The position numbers and the translations under genes were made by a program. The notes beneath the pieces were generated by a model. It saw only the letters and a list, made by a program, of their open reading frames with translations. It was not told the DNA's origin and did not search any database. Shown piece after piece: positions 47,023 to 55,877 of a stretch of 64,000 nucleotides of DNA. Each line of letters begins with the position of its first letter. Position 1 is the stretch's first letter. Source of the stretch: Spirochaetia bacterium (lineage in GTDB: Bacteria > Spirochaetota > Spirochaetia > DSM-2461); NCBI GenBank assembly GCA_963666985.2, contig CAXXIA010000002.1, positions 2,528,001-2,592,000 of the forward strand, read 5' to 3'.

Positions 47023-48253
47023 GCAGGATATCCCGAAACCGAAAGACGCGATGGCCTTTCTGAAAAGAAAGAAGGTCATCATCAGGCCGGGGAATGAATG
47101 GTTTGATATCAATTCGGGTGAGCATGCTCAGACCTTCTCCGTGGCTCACTGTGCCAGTGTAGACATCGCCGAACAAATCTTCGGATTCATGAATGAGGCT
47201 CTGGCGAACGGGGAATCCTTTCAGGATTTCAAGAAGAAGATGATCCCCATGATGCAGGAGTCCGGCTGGTACGGGCGTCCTGATGTCACCGCCAAGGATA
47301 AGGGCTACATCAATTGGCGGCTGAAAATCATGTATCAAACCAACATGAGCACGGCTTACGCGGCCGGGCATTATCGTCAGCAAATGAGGGGTGCGGATGG
47401 GCGACCGTACCTTGTCTATAAGCAGGTGCAAAGAGACACGAAACGTGACGCCCATGAGAAGCTTCACGATACTGCCTATCCGGCAGATCATTCTTTCTGG
47501 GATGAATACTATCCGCCGAACGGTTACCGATGCGGATGCTACACCGTCTCCATTTCTGAATCCCAGTACCAAAACGGACCCTACACGAAAGGGGCGAGCG
47601 GTCCGGATCTTGCCGAATTCAGAAAGTCCGTTGATGAGAAATGGAGGTACAACCCAGGCCAGGAAGTCTATGCGCCATCGGTGAAGAAGTACGAGAACCT
47701 CCGTGGCATCAGAATGAGTGACGGCCGCTCGGCCTATCAGCATGTACGGGAATCCTATCGGGAAGAGATGTCCGGATTTTCATTGACTCAAAAAGAATAT
47801 GAGAAGTGGGTGGATAAAGTGCTCTCCGGTGAAACCTTTCAGGATGTTCCTCATAACATTGCTACCGTTCAGAAAAAGGTTACTCAGAAGATTGAGATTG
47901 ATCCGAAAATCATCGCCGACGGGAAGGCCATTCATCATGGAGCCAGAGGCCGGGACACGGTTTCCGATGCATCAGGGAAGGTTATTCAAAGGGGCCTCGA
48001 CCCGGAGAAAGACTTTACCATCGAAGAAATCAAGGACATTCCCAAAGGTCTGGCCGATCCGGATTATATCTTTACAGATATTACCAATCGGTTGAATAGA
48101 ATCTTTTGCTATTCAATAGGAAAAGGAATGTTGGCCAGAATCGTTTTAAGAAAAAGAACGGAAACCTCAAGCTTAAAATTGGTGACTTTCCAAAAGGTAA
48201 AGCCGGATGACGTTCTGAAGAATGGAAGATTGCAGAAGGTCTATGAGAAATAA
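47015..48253 (+). CDS. MuF (gp30) head protein with C-terminal nuclease-like extension
   Basis: FSVA, YQTNMSTAYAAG, HSFWDEYYPPNGYRCGC, YNPG, then about 190 extra aa. Confidence 0.88.
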   Translation: MPEQDIPKPKDAMAFLKRKKVIIRPGNEWFDINSGEHAQTFSVAHCASVDIAEQIFGFMNEALANGESFQDFKKKMIPMMQESGWYGRPDVTAKDKGYINWRLKIMYQTNMSTAYAAGHYRQQMRGADGRPYLVYKQVQRDTKRDAHEKLHDTAYPADHSFWDEYYPPNGYRCGCYTVSISESQYQNGPYTKGASGPDLAEFRKSVDEKWRYNPGQEVYAPSVKKYENLRGIRMSDGRSAYQHVRESYREEMSGFSLTQKEYEKWVDKVLSGETFQDVPHNIATVQKKVTQKIEIDPKIIADGKAIHHGARGRDTVSDASGKVIQRGLDPEKDFTIEEIKDIPKGLADPDYIFTDITNRLNRIFCYSIGKGMLARIVLRKRTETSSLKLVTFQKVKPDDVLKNGRLQKVYEK

Positions 48254-48335
48254 GCCGGTCGGGCGGGACTACGATTCCCACTATATTGCCCTTGAAAGGG
48301 TAGCCTTGAGATTTTTGGCTTCATCTCAACCGGCT
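48253..48335 (+). ncRNA. Putative structured RNA immediately after the MuF stop codon
   Basis: AGCCGGT/ACCGGCT closing stem enclosing three hairpins. Confidence 0.45.
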
Positions 48336-48527
48336 ATTGATGATTTTATCGTCATTTAAAGCGCTTTTCAACACTGTTTAATAGGCCATTTTATTCAAAT
48401 TTAGGGCCTAAAATTATGAGATTTTACGAGTTTTTCAGTATTTTTTCCAAACCTTAGATTATTCGCTATTGCTTTCCTATGATCCTATTATATAAGGATT
48501 TATGCAGTATTTCCGGGCAAGAATCCC

Positions 48528-48553
48528 TTTTTCATTTTCTATGACCCCCTACA
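48528..48553 (-). repeat. Right prophage end with transposase-binding site
   Basis: Reverse complement reads TGTA-N10-GAAAATGAAAAA, matching the left end. Confidence 0.85.
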
Positions 48554-48558
48554 AATCT

Positions 48559-49372
48559 GCCAGAAACCTTGGAAAACAGACTCGGGATTCCCGCCGCAAT
48601 CGCCAACGACGCGGACGCCGGCGGATTGGCCGAATGGAGCATACTGCGCCTGGAGCTTCTTTATTGGGTGTTCGGCGGCGGATGGGGCGGTACCTGGGTG
48701 GACCGGAACGGAGAAATCCGCTATCCGTCGACAGGATGGGACGGCCTGGATTCTTCTCTGCACTACAGCAACGAACCGGGATATGCCATCGGATTGGAGC
48801 GGAGCCGTCTGCGGAGTCTTTTCGCCGAAGTCGGCGCCCATTGGGAACTTTTTGAGGTTCAATTGAACGAAGATTCCGCATTGCCCGCCGATTCCCTCGT
48901 GGGACCCGAAGGGCGGAAAGATACACTGCGGGCGGAAGTTATCCTTTCCGGTCCCGGCCGCTGCCGGCTTTTCCGTTCTCTGGTGGAAGACGATGATTCT
49001 TATAAGAAATACCTGGAAATTCACGAGATTGCCGAGGTAACCGATCCGGCGAGCGCCGGGGCTCATATCAGCAAATTATCGGGAATGAGAGTGGAGGCGG
49101 CGGTGAATACGGACCGCCTTTACGGCAAGGTTCTTGCCGAAGCGACCCGTATATTGTTAAGACAAGCCGAAGCCGACGGTCTGCCGCAGGGGGTGCCGAT
49201 TTGTTTGGGCGGGAAACCCAGTTACGCACTGCCGTATTTCGGACCTTCGACACAGAGGGTCTTGGGGAAATCGGGTCTGTTCAACTATCTTCGTCCGTCG
49301 GTTATCGATGAACGGGGAAGCAACGCCAATCTGGTGGGAGCCGCCGAGCTGGCCAGACGGGCCGCGAAGTAA
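48559..49372 (+). pseudogene. ROK-family protein, C-terminal part
   Basis: LGIPAAIANDADAGGLAE, GGGWGG, CLGG, ANLVGAA. Confidence 0.9.
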
Positions 49373-49501
49373 AAAGCTGTAATCCGAAGATTCCGCCGGA
49401 ATTGCATTCCGCAGATATTCCCATTATTTGAATGAGCCTCATTTGATTATCAGCCGATTCTGTGTTTACATGAAATATATCTGAAATAGAGGGATTTAAT
49501 T

Positions 49502-50371
49502 ATGGTCACACTGGATTCGCTGGCTGTTACGGTTCTGGCCGAAGATACCGTCTGTTATGAAACACCGTATTTGGGCCAGCATGGAATATCATTGTATCTC
49601 ACCGCCATGCGTGATGGGCGGATAACGAATGTCCTTTTCGACGTTGCTCAGCATCCCGAACCGCTTTTGGCGAATATGGAAATGCTTGGAATCGATCCTT
49701 CTTCCGTTGACGCGGTGGTTCTCTCTCACTGTCATTACGATCACACTCAAGGGCTTGCTTCCGTCGTCAAGGCCATCGGCAAGAATGATCTTCCGGTTAT
49801 CGGTCATCGGGATTTGTTCAGACCGCATTTCATATCCAATCCGTCTCTTCGATGCATCGGTGTTCCGGCGAAGGACGGTCCCGATGAGATCCGAGAAGCC
49901 GGCGGTGTGTTTTTTCCGGTTACGGGGCCTTTTGAAATTACCCCCGGTTTGGTTACCAGCGGGGAAGTGGTTCGAAAAACCGAGTATGAGGGTGTGGGGA
50001 TGGCCTTGAAGACTTTGGTGGACGGAGAGGTTGTTACCGATGAGGTTCTCGACGATCTGAGTCTTTATGCATCGGTGGGCGACAAAGGATTGGTGGTTCT
50101 CACCGGCTGCAGTCATGCGGGGATTGTGAATATCACGCGGCAGGGAAGGGACCATACGGGCCTTAACGCGGTGGAAGCCGTTATCGGCGGATTTCATCTG
50201 ATTGAAGCTTCGGATGAGAAAATCAGGAAGACCGCCGAAGGACTGGCCGAACTGAAGATTAAGAGACTCCATGCCGGTCACTGCACGGGTTTTAAAGCTC
50301 AAATGGAATTGGCCCGTGTTTTCGGTGAGCGTTTTGCGCCGATGCGGACCGGCGATCGGTACGAAATCTGA
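49502..50371 (+). CDS. MBL-fold metallo-hydrolase
   Basis: QHGIS, LSHCHYDHTQG, TGCSHAG, GGFHL, GHCTG. Confidence 0.92.
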   Translation: MVTLDSLAVTVLAEDTVCYETPYLGQHGISLYLTAMRDGRITNVLFDVAQHPEPLLANMEMLGIDPSSVDAVVLSHCHYDHTQGLASVVKAIGKNDLPVIGHRDLFRPHFISNPSLRCIGVPAKDGPDEIREAGGVFFPVTGPFEITPGLVTSGEVVRKTEYEGVGMALKTLVDGEVVTDEVLDDLSLYASVGDKGLVVLTGCSHAGIVNITRQGRDHTGLNAVEAVIGGFHLIEASDEKIRKTAEGLAELKIKRLHAGHCTGFKAQMELARVFGERFAPMRTGDRYEI

Positions 50372-50488
50372 TCCGCAGGGACTTTTTCGGAGTTTTAACA
50401 GCGGCGAACGTGTGCGCTCGATGAGGGAACTCCGGCAGGCCGCCCCCCTGCAAGAGGGTTCGTCCGGATACATCAGAATCAGGATTAA

Positions 50489-50528
50489 TAAAAGGCCGCT
50501 TTCTTTCGGGCGGCCTTTGTTCGTTTTA
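50489..50528. terminator. Bidirectional terminator
   Basis: AAAAGGCCGC-loop-GCGGCCTTTG between convergent genes. Confidence 0.6.
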
Positions 50529-50606
50529 TGATTTTTTTGCGCGTTCATGCCTCCCGAATCCTTTTATACCCAGGGCCCGGGCGGCATATACAATCGGATT
50601 ACATCT

Positions 50607-51950
50607 TTAATACCGATCGGAGGGCCATTCTTCCATAAGGGCGTGGATGTTCTTCTTATCCCGGCCGACGCCGATGAAATAGATTATCAATCCCACGGCC
50701 ATCCAAACGGCGGCATACAGCAGTGCCTTCCATCCCTGAAGAATCAACAGATAAACGGAAACACCCAGTCCGATAACCGGAAGAACGAGAAATCCTTTCT
50801 TCTTGTAGAAGCCCGGCAGTTTTTCAACGAGTTCCGGATACTTGCGGCGCGCCATGAGAACGCCGAGATGAGTGATGATCCAGTTGTAGAGGAACATGGC
50901 GACGATGATTTCGGCGACCAATTGAATCGTGCCTGTCGTGATGAGGATAATCGCCAGCACACAGGTTGCGATAAGACCGAAAATCGGGGTTCCGAATTTA
51001 TTCAGAGTGGCCGTTTTCCCCCCGAGGATTTTATCCCTGGAAAGGCCGAAAAAGATTCTGGCCGCGACGGCCTGTTCACCGTTATGCGACGAGAGAATGG
51101 CGGCCCAGGCGATAATAACGATGAAGAGAACGCCGAAGGGACCCATGAAACTGGAAGCGACCGCCGCATAGGGAGCTTCCGATGCGGCGAACTCGGTCCA
51201 GGGCATAACGCCGGTGGATACGAACGCGGAGAGAATGTAGAGGACCGCCGGAACCAAAGCGCCGAGAATGATGCCCCAGGTAATCGTTTTGGCGGGATTC
51301 TTGGCTTCTTCCCCCAGATCGGCCGCCAGAGTCAGGCCGGCGTAGGAGAACAGGAGAAGCGAGACAGCCTTCATGACGCCGCCGAATCCGGCAGGAGATC
51401 CCATCGCGATGTTTTCGCCTTTCATATGAGGAATCCCCAGAATAATGTAGACGATAATGCCGGCCACCATGAGAAGGAACAGAATGTTCTGGACGATTTT
51501 CACGGTCCCGATTCCCAGCCAGTTGATGACGAAGAACACGATGGTTACCGCGACGGCGCCGATTACAACGGGAATGCTTCCTGAGGAACCGGGAACGGCG
51601 TTCAGATAGCTGATGAATGCCTGGGCCGTAATGGCGACAGGACCGATGATGGCCAGCCACATGCCCCATCCAGAGAGGAATCCGAGAGGCTTTGAAACAA
51701 TGCGCGTCGGATAAACATAACTTTCCCCTCCCTCGACCGGGTAGAGAAAATTGAGGAAAATCGTACTGATTCCGACGAGGATGACGGGAATAATGCCGAT
51801 GGCATACGCCAGCCATGTCAGGGCGCCCGCGTATTGAGCCGCGATTCCCGTAACGATGAATACACCCGCGCCGATAACGATACCCGCGGTAATCGCCGTA
51901 ACGTCGAGTATGCCGAGTTCTCTGCGGAGTTTGCCGCTTCCTTGGGACAT
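50607..51950 (-). CDS. APC-family amino acid permease
   Basis: LRRELG, IGAGVF, FSYAG, EEAKNP; about 12 TM. Confidence 0.92.
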   Translation of the reverse strand: MSQGSGKLRRELGILDVTAITAGIVIGAGVFIVTGIAAQYAGALTWLAYAIGIIPVILVGISTIFLNFLYPVEGGESYVYPTRIVSKPLGFLSGWGMWLAIIGPVAITAQAFISYLNAVPGSSGSIPVVIGAVAVTIVFFVINWLGIGTVKIVQNILFLLMVAGIIVYIILGIPHMKGENIAMGSPAGFGGVMKAVSLLLFSYAGLTLAADLGEEAKNPAKTITWGIILGALVPAVLYILSAFVSTGVMPWTEFAASEAPYAAVASSFMGPFGVLFIVIIAWAAILSSHNGEQAVAARIFFGLSRDKILGGKTATLNKFGTPIFGLIATCVLAIILITTGTIQLVAEIIVAMFLYNWIITHLGVLMARRKYPELVEKLPGFYKKKGFLVLPVIGLGVSVYLLILQGWKALLYAAVWMAVGLIIYFIGVGRDKKNIHALMEEWPSDRY

Positions 51951-52230
51951 AAATCTCTCCTTGTGTCAGTAGGCTCAGAATCCGTGAAAAAAATGATAAT
52001 CCAAGATCAAATCACTATTATATAGTGAAATAAACAAACCATAATTTTCGGAATGTGAAACTTAGATCACTAAAAGAGAATATCACGGAAACAATTTACA
52101 GCACAAAGGGGCAAGTTCTTTTAATGACGACGAAGCCGCCGAGGGAGATTCCCGGCGGCTTCGTCATCCTGGGAATACAGGATTGTGTGTTCTCCTTATC
52201 GGCATCCCGGGTACGGAACGGAGGAGGCTT

Positions 52231-53733
52231 TTATACGGAACTGATGGCCGCTTTCATTATGGTCTCCTGGTCCGCCTTATTCCGCGGGAAATCGGCCGTT
52301 AAGCGGCCTTCATGCATAACCAAGATTCTGTCGGCCACACCCAGGATTTCCTGAAGTTCCGAAGAAATCATGAGAATCGCCATTCCCGCGTCGGCCAGTT
52401 CCGCGATAATCCGGTGAACTTCCGATTTCGCGCCGACATCGATTCCGCGTGTGGGTTCGTCCAGAATCAGGACGTTCGGTTCCACCGCCAAAGACTTGCC
52501 GATGACGAGTTTCTGCTGATTGCCGCCGCTGAGATTTTTAACGGGCTGCTCTCGGGAAGAGATTTTAATTCCCAGCTTGGAGACATATTTATCGGTTATC
52601 GCACGGTCCAAACGGAAATCCACGAGTCCCGCCAGACGGCAGATTTTTTTATGCACGCTTAGCGTGAGATTCTCACGAACGCTCATGTCCAAAATAAGAG
52701 CGGAAGACTTGCGGTCTTCGGGCACATAGGCCAGTCCCCTTTTCACCGCTTGCGCGGGATTTCGGTTTTCCACCCGCCGCCCCCCTATCAGGATGTCGCC
52801 GGCGGTCGGTCTTTCGGCCCCTATCAGCAGCCGCGCCAGTTCCGTTCTTCCCGCGCCGATCAATCCGGCCAATCCCAGAATCTCGCTTTTATGAAGTGAA
52901 AAGCTGATATCCCGAAGATTCGGAGGGCCGCAAAGGCCGCGAACTTCCATTACGACTTCATCCGACGGTTCCCCTTTGCGTGATGCAAAGAGGTGACCGA
53001 GTTCTCGTCCGACCATCAGGGAAATCAGTTTATCCTTCGCGGCGTTATGCGCATCCATTTCTCCGGCGTTCTTTCCGTCGCGCAGAACGGTGATGCGGTC
53101 GCTGATTTGCAGTACTTCATCGAGTTTGTGAGAGATGAACACAATGGCGATGCCGCGCGACTTGAGTTCCCTCATGATTGTAAAAAGCTGCTGAATCTCT
53201 TTATCCGTCAGGGCGGACGTGGGTTCGTCCATAATCAGGATTTTCAAATCTCTTGAGATGGCTTTGGCAATCTCCACCATCTGCTGTTTGGCAACCGAAA
53301 GATCGGCGACTCTGGCCGTAGGATCGATGTCGATATCCAGCTTTTCAAAGTATTCCCGAGCGGCCCGTCTCATGGCCCGGTGATCGAGAAGACCGAATGA
53401 TCCGTGAATCTCTCTTCCCATCAGCAGGTTCTCCGCGGCGCTGAGATTGGGACAGAGATTCAGTTCCTGAAAGATCATCGAGATGCCGCGAAGACCGGCT
53501 TCATGGGTATTGCGAAAGGCAACCGTTTCTCCTTCCAGCAGTATATTTCCTTCGTATTCGGGATACACACCCGTAAGAATCTTCATGAGCGTGGACTTTC
53601 CCGCGCCGTTTTCGCCTAAAAGGCAGACAATCTCTCCCGCGTTCACTTCGAATGAAACGCCGCTCAGAGCGCGAACGCCGGGGAAGTCTTTTGTAATGCC
53701 CTGCATTTCGAGCAGGCGGACTTTGCTGTTCAT
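52231..53733 (-). CDS. Sugar ABC transporter ATP-binding protein
   Basis: GENGAGKST, DEPTS, LSGGNQQK. Confidence 0.95.
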   Translation of the reverse strand: MNSKVRLLEMQGITKDFPGVRALSGVSFEVNAGEIVCLLGENGAGKSTLMKILTGVYPEYEGNILLEGETVAFRNTHEAGLRGISMIFQELNLCPNLSAAENLLMGREIHGSFGLLDHRAMRRAAREYFEKLDIDIDPTARVADLSVAKQQMVEIAKAISRDLKILIMDEPTSALTDKEIQQLFTIMRELKSRGIAIVFISHKLDEVLQISDRITVLRDGKNAGEMDAHNAAKDKLISLMVGRELGHLFASRKGEPSDEVVMEVRGLCGPPNLRDISFSLHKSEILGLAGLIGAGRTELARLLIGAERPTAGDILIGGRRVENRNPAQAVKRGLAYVPEDRKSSALILDMSVRENLTLSVHKKICRLAGLVDFRLDRAITDKYVSKLGIKISSREQPVKNLSGGNQQKLVIGKSLAVEPNVLILDEPTRGIDVGAKSEVHRIIAELADAGMAILMISSELQEILGVADRILVMHEGRLTADFPRNKADQETIMKAAISSV

Positions 53734-53735
53734 GT

Positions 53736-54686
53736 TCAGCGCCGCCTGTTTTTCAGCACATCGATAATGGCCGCCAGAACAATGATGGCTCCTATAATCA
53801 GCGTTTGCCAATATGTGGAGACTTTCATCAGCACAAGACCGTTTCTGATAACGCCCATGATGGCCGCGCCGATGAGGATTCCCACGACACTGCCTTCTCC
53901 TCCCGCAAGAGAGGTGCCGCCGATAACGGCGGCGGCAATCGCATCCAGTTCCCAGCCTTCTCCCGAGGTTGATTGAGCCGAACTGAACCGCGCCACCAGG
54001 AGGATGCCGGAGAGGGAAGAGAGCAGTCCGGAGAGACCGTATACCATGAATTTAACTCTGCGGACATTGATTCCCGAAAGAGCCGTCGCCTCTTCGTTCC
54101 CGCCGATCGCAAGAAGCCGCCGGCCGAAAGTCGTTCGCGAGAAAATGGTATAGGAAACGGCGGCCACGACAAGCATGACAAATACGGGAAACGGGATGCC
54201 GAGAAACGAACCCTGTCCTCTGGCCACGAACGATTCCGGTATTTCCGTTATGGGCCAGCCCTTGGTGAGAACCCAAATCAACCCTCTGGCCATACTCATC
54301 ATGCCGAGCGTAACGATGAACGGAGCCACCCCGACATAGGCCACCAGGGCGCCGTTCACAAGACCCGCCGCAATTCCGGTCAGCATCCCGACGACGGCCG
54401 CCAGCAGCGGCGGTGAGCCCGCCGCCATCGCCATGCCCGCCGTTACCCCGCTGAGTCCGAGAACCGATCCCACGGAAAGGTCTATGCCTCCGGTGAGAAT
54501 GACAAAGAAAACGCCGTAAGCCACAATGGCGACATAAGAGATTTGCCGAGTTACGAGATACAGATTGCGTCCGCTTGCGAATTTGGGAGCGAATATCGTG
54601 ATTAGCCCCATAATGCCGAGCAGGGCCAGGAAAATTGCCGATTCCTTTTTTTTGAGCAGAGATAAGGCCATCGTCGATATGTGCAT
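53736..54686 (-). CDS. Sugar ABC transporter permease
   Basis: GGIDLSVGS, GGNEEATALSG, ELDAIAAAVIGG. Confidence 0.94.
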   Translation of the reverse strand: MHISTMALSLLKKKESAIFLALLGIMGLITIFAPKFASGRNLYLVTRQISYVAIVAYGVFFVILTGGIDLSVGSVLGLSGVTAGMAMAAGSPPLLAAVVGMLTGIAAGLVNGALVAYVGVAPFIVTLGMMSMARGLIWVLTKGWPITEIPESFVARGQGSFLGIPFPVFVMLVVAAVSYTIFSRTTFGRRLLAIGGNEEATALSGINVRRVKFMVYGLSGLLSSLSGILLVARFSSAQSTSGEGWELDAIAAAVIGGTSLAGGEGSVVGILIGAAIMGVIRNGLVLMKVSTYWQTLIIGAIIVLAAIIDVLKNRRR

Positions 54687-54745
54687 GTGTTACTCCGTAA
54701 AAAAAGGGATCCGGCTCATCCGGATCCCCGGTGTCGATCGGATGC

Positions 54746-55690
54746 CTACTTGAATTCGGCCTTCATTTCATTCATGTAGCTGTCTACGTTTTCCTTGCTG
54801 ACGACGAGAACGCCCGTGTCGATTTCCTTGGGGATCGACTTGCCTTCGGTGGCGGCCAGAAGGTTCTCAACGGACAGCCAGCCCATCTTGTAGGTTCTCT
54901 GGACGAGACAGAAGTCCACGATACCGCCTCTGATGGCTTCCAATGTGTCTTTCAGATCGTCGAATCCGCCGATGATGATTTCTCCCGCTCTGCCTTGTTC
55001 CTTGATAACGGCCGCGGCGCCCGGAGCTCCGTAGGCGGATACGCCGAAAATGGCTTTCAGATCGGGATAGGCTTCCAGAAGAGCTTCCGTTTTGTTAACG
55101 GTTTGGGCGAAGTCACCCTGAGTGTCTTCAACCGAAACAACCTTGATGCCCGCTTCCGCCATGGCTTTTTTGAAGCCTGCCGTGCGGAGGTTCAGGTTGG
55201 TGGCGCCGAGTCCTCCCTGGAGAATCGCAACCGAACCGCTGTTCCCCATTCGGCGGGCCATTTCTTTTCCGGCCGCGTAACCCGCGCTTTCATTGACGGT
55301 GCCGATGTAAGACAAGGACGCCGTCGACGGAGCGGGTGCGTCGAAATTCAGCACTTTGATACCGGCGTCCGTGGCTTCCTTCACAACCGTTATCAGTCCC
55401 GCATCGTCCAATGCGGAGATGGCGATACCGTCAACGCCTTGGGCGATCAGGTCTTCGATAACCTTAACCTGCAGAGCGATATCGAAGGTTTGCGGCGCAA
55501 CGAACTCGGTTTTGATTCCGTACTTCTCTCCCGCGGCTTTGAAGCCTTCGAAGCAGGGTTCGTAATAAGGATGCACTCCTTTGGGAACCATGACGAAGGT
55601 CATCTCTTCTTCACCGTCTCCCTGGCCTCCTGCAAAGAGTGCCGGGCCCAGAAGTACCAGCAGGAACGAAAGGACAAGAATCTTTTTCAT
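54746..55690 (-). CDS. Sugar ABC substrate-binding protein
   Basis: Signal peptide ending FAGGQG; VPKGVHPY, YIGT.N, GFDD, IDTGV. Confidence 0.92.
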   Translation of the reverse strand: MKKILVLSFLLVLLGPALFAGGQGDGEEEMTFVMVPKGVHPYYEPCFEGFKAAGEKYGIKTEFVAPQTFDIALQVKVIEDLIAQGVDGIAISALDDAGLITVVKEATDAGIKVLNFDAPAPSTASLSYIGTVNESAGYAAGKEMARRMGNSGSVAILQGGLGATNLNLRTAGFKKAMAEAGIKVVSVEDTQGDFAQTVNKTEALLEAYPDLKAIFGVSAYGAPGAAAVIKEQGRAGEIIIGGFDDLKDTLEAIRGGIVDFCLVQRTYKMGWLSVENLLAATEGKSIPKEIDTGVLVVSKENVDSYMNEMKAEFK

Positions 55691-55725
55691 AAACGACTCC
55701 TTTTTTAGTGGTTGTCCATGAGAAA

Positions 55726-55741
55726 AGCACAAAACATGCCA
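55726..55741 (-). promoter_or_regulatory. Sigma54 -24/-12 promoter
   Basis: TGGCAT-GTTTT-GTGCT upstream of the binding-protein gene. Confidence 0.7.
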
Positions 55742-55837
55742 GGTCCGTGAGCAGATGTTATCTTTTTTGCACGAAGGAACTTGGATGGATTAATAAAAAT
55801 TATCCGAGGCGCGGTGAAGTTCCGAAAACGAGTAACG

Positions 55838-55854
55838 TTACCCAAATTGGGTAA
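55838..55854. promoter_or_regulatory. Palindromic enhancer (UAS) candidate
   Basis: TTACCCAA-A-TTGGGTAA about 100 bp upstream of the sigma54 promoter. Confidence 0.55.
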
Positions 55855-55877
55855 GCTTGAGTACTTTGGATCGACCA

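Larger units (their letters stand above)
13203..48553. mobile_element. Complete Mu-like transposable prophage (contractile tail)
   Basis: TGTA...TACA termini; AATCT duplicated at 13198-13202 and 48554-48558; MuA/MuB-like transposase and ATPase, GemA, Mor, Mu-type portal, gpF, gp36, sheath and baseplate genes. Confidence 0.97.

Noticed and set aside
48048..48281. Immunity gene for the MuF extension (ORF 48081-48281, minus strand)
   Set aside because: Antisense to and overlapping MuF, no RBS, implausible composition.
48253..48335. Canonical tRNA gene
   Set aside because: No TTC(G/A)A T-loop, D-loop GG context or CCA end; kept only as a putative structured RNA.
52123..52166. Strong hairpin as a novel RNA
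   Set aside because: A simple stem just downstream of the ABC operon; most simply a terminator or REP-like hairpin.
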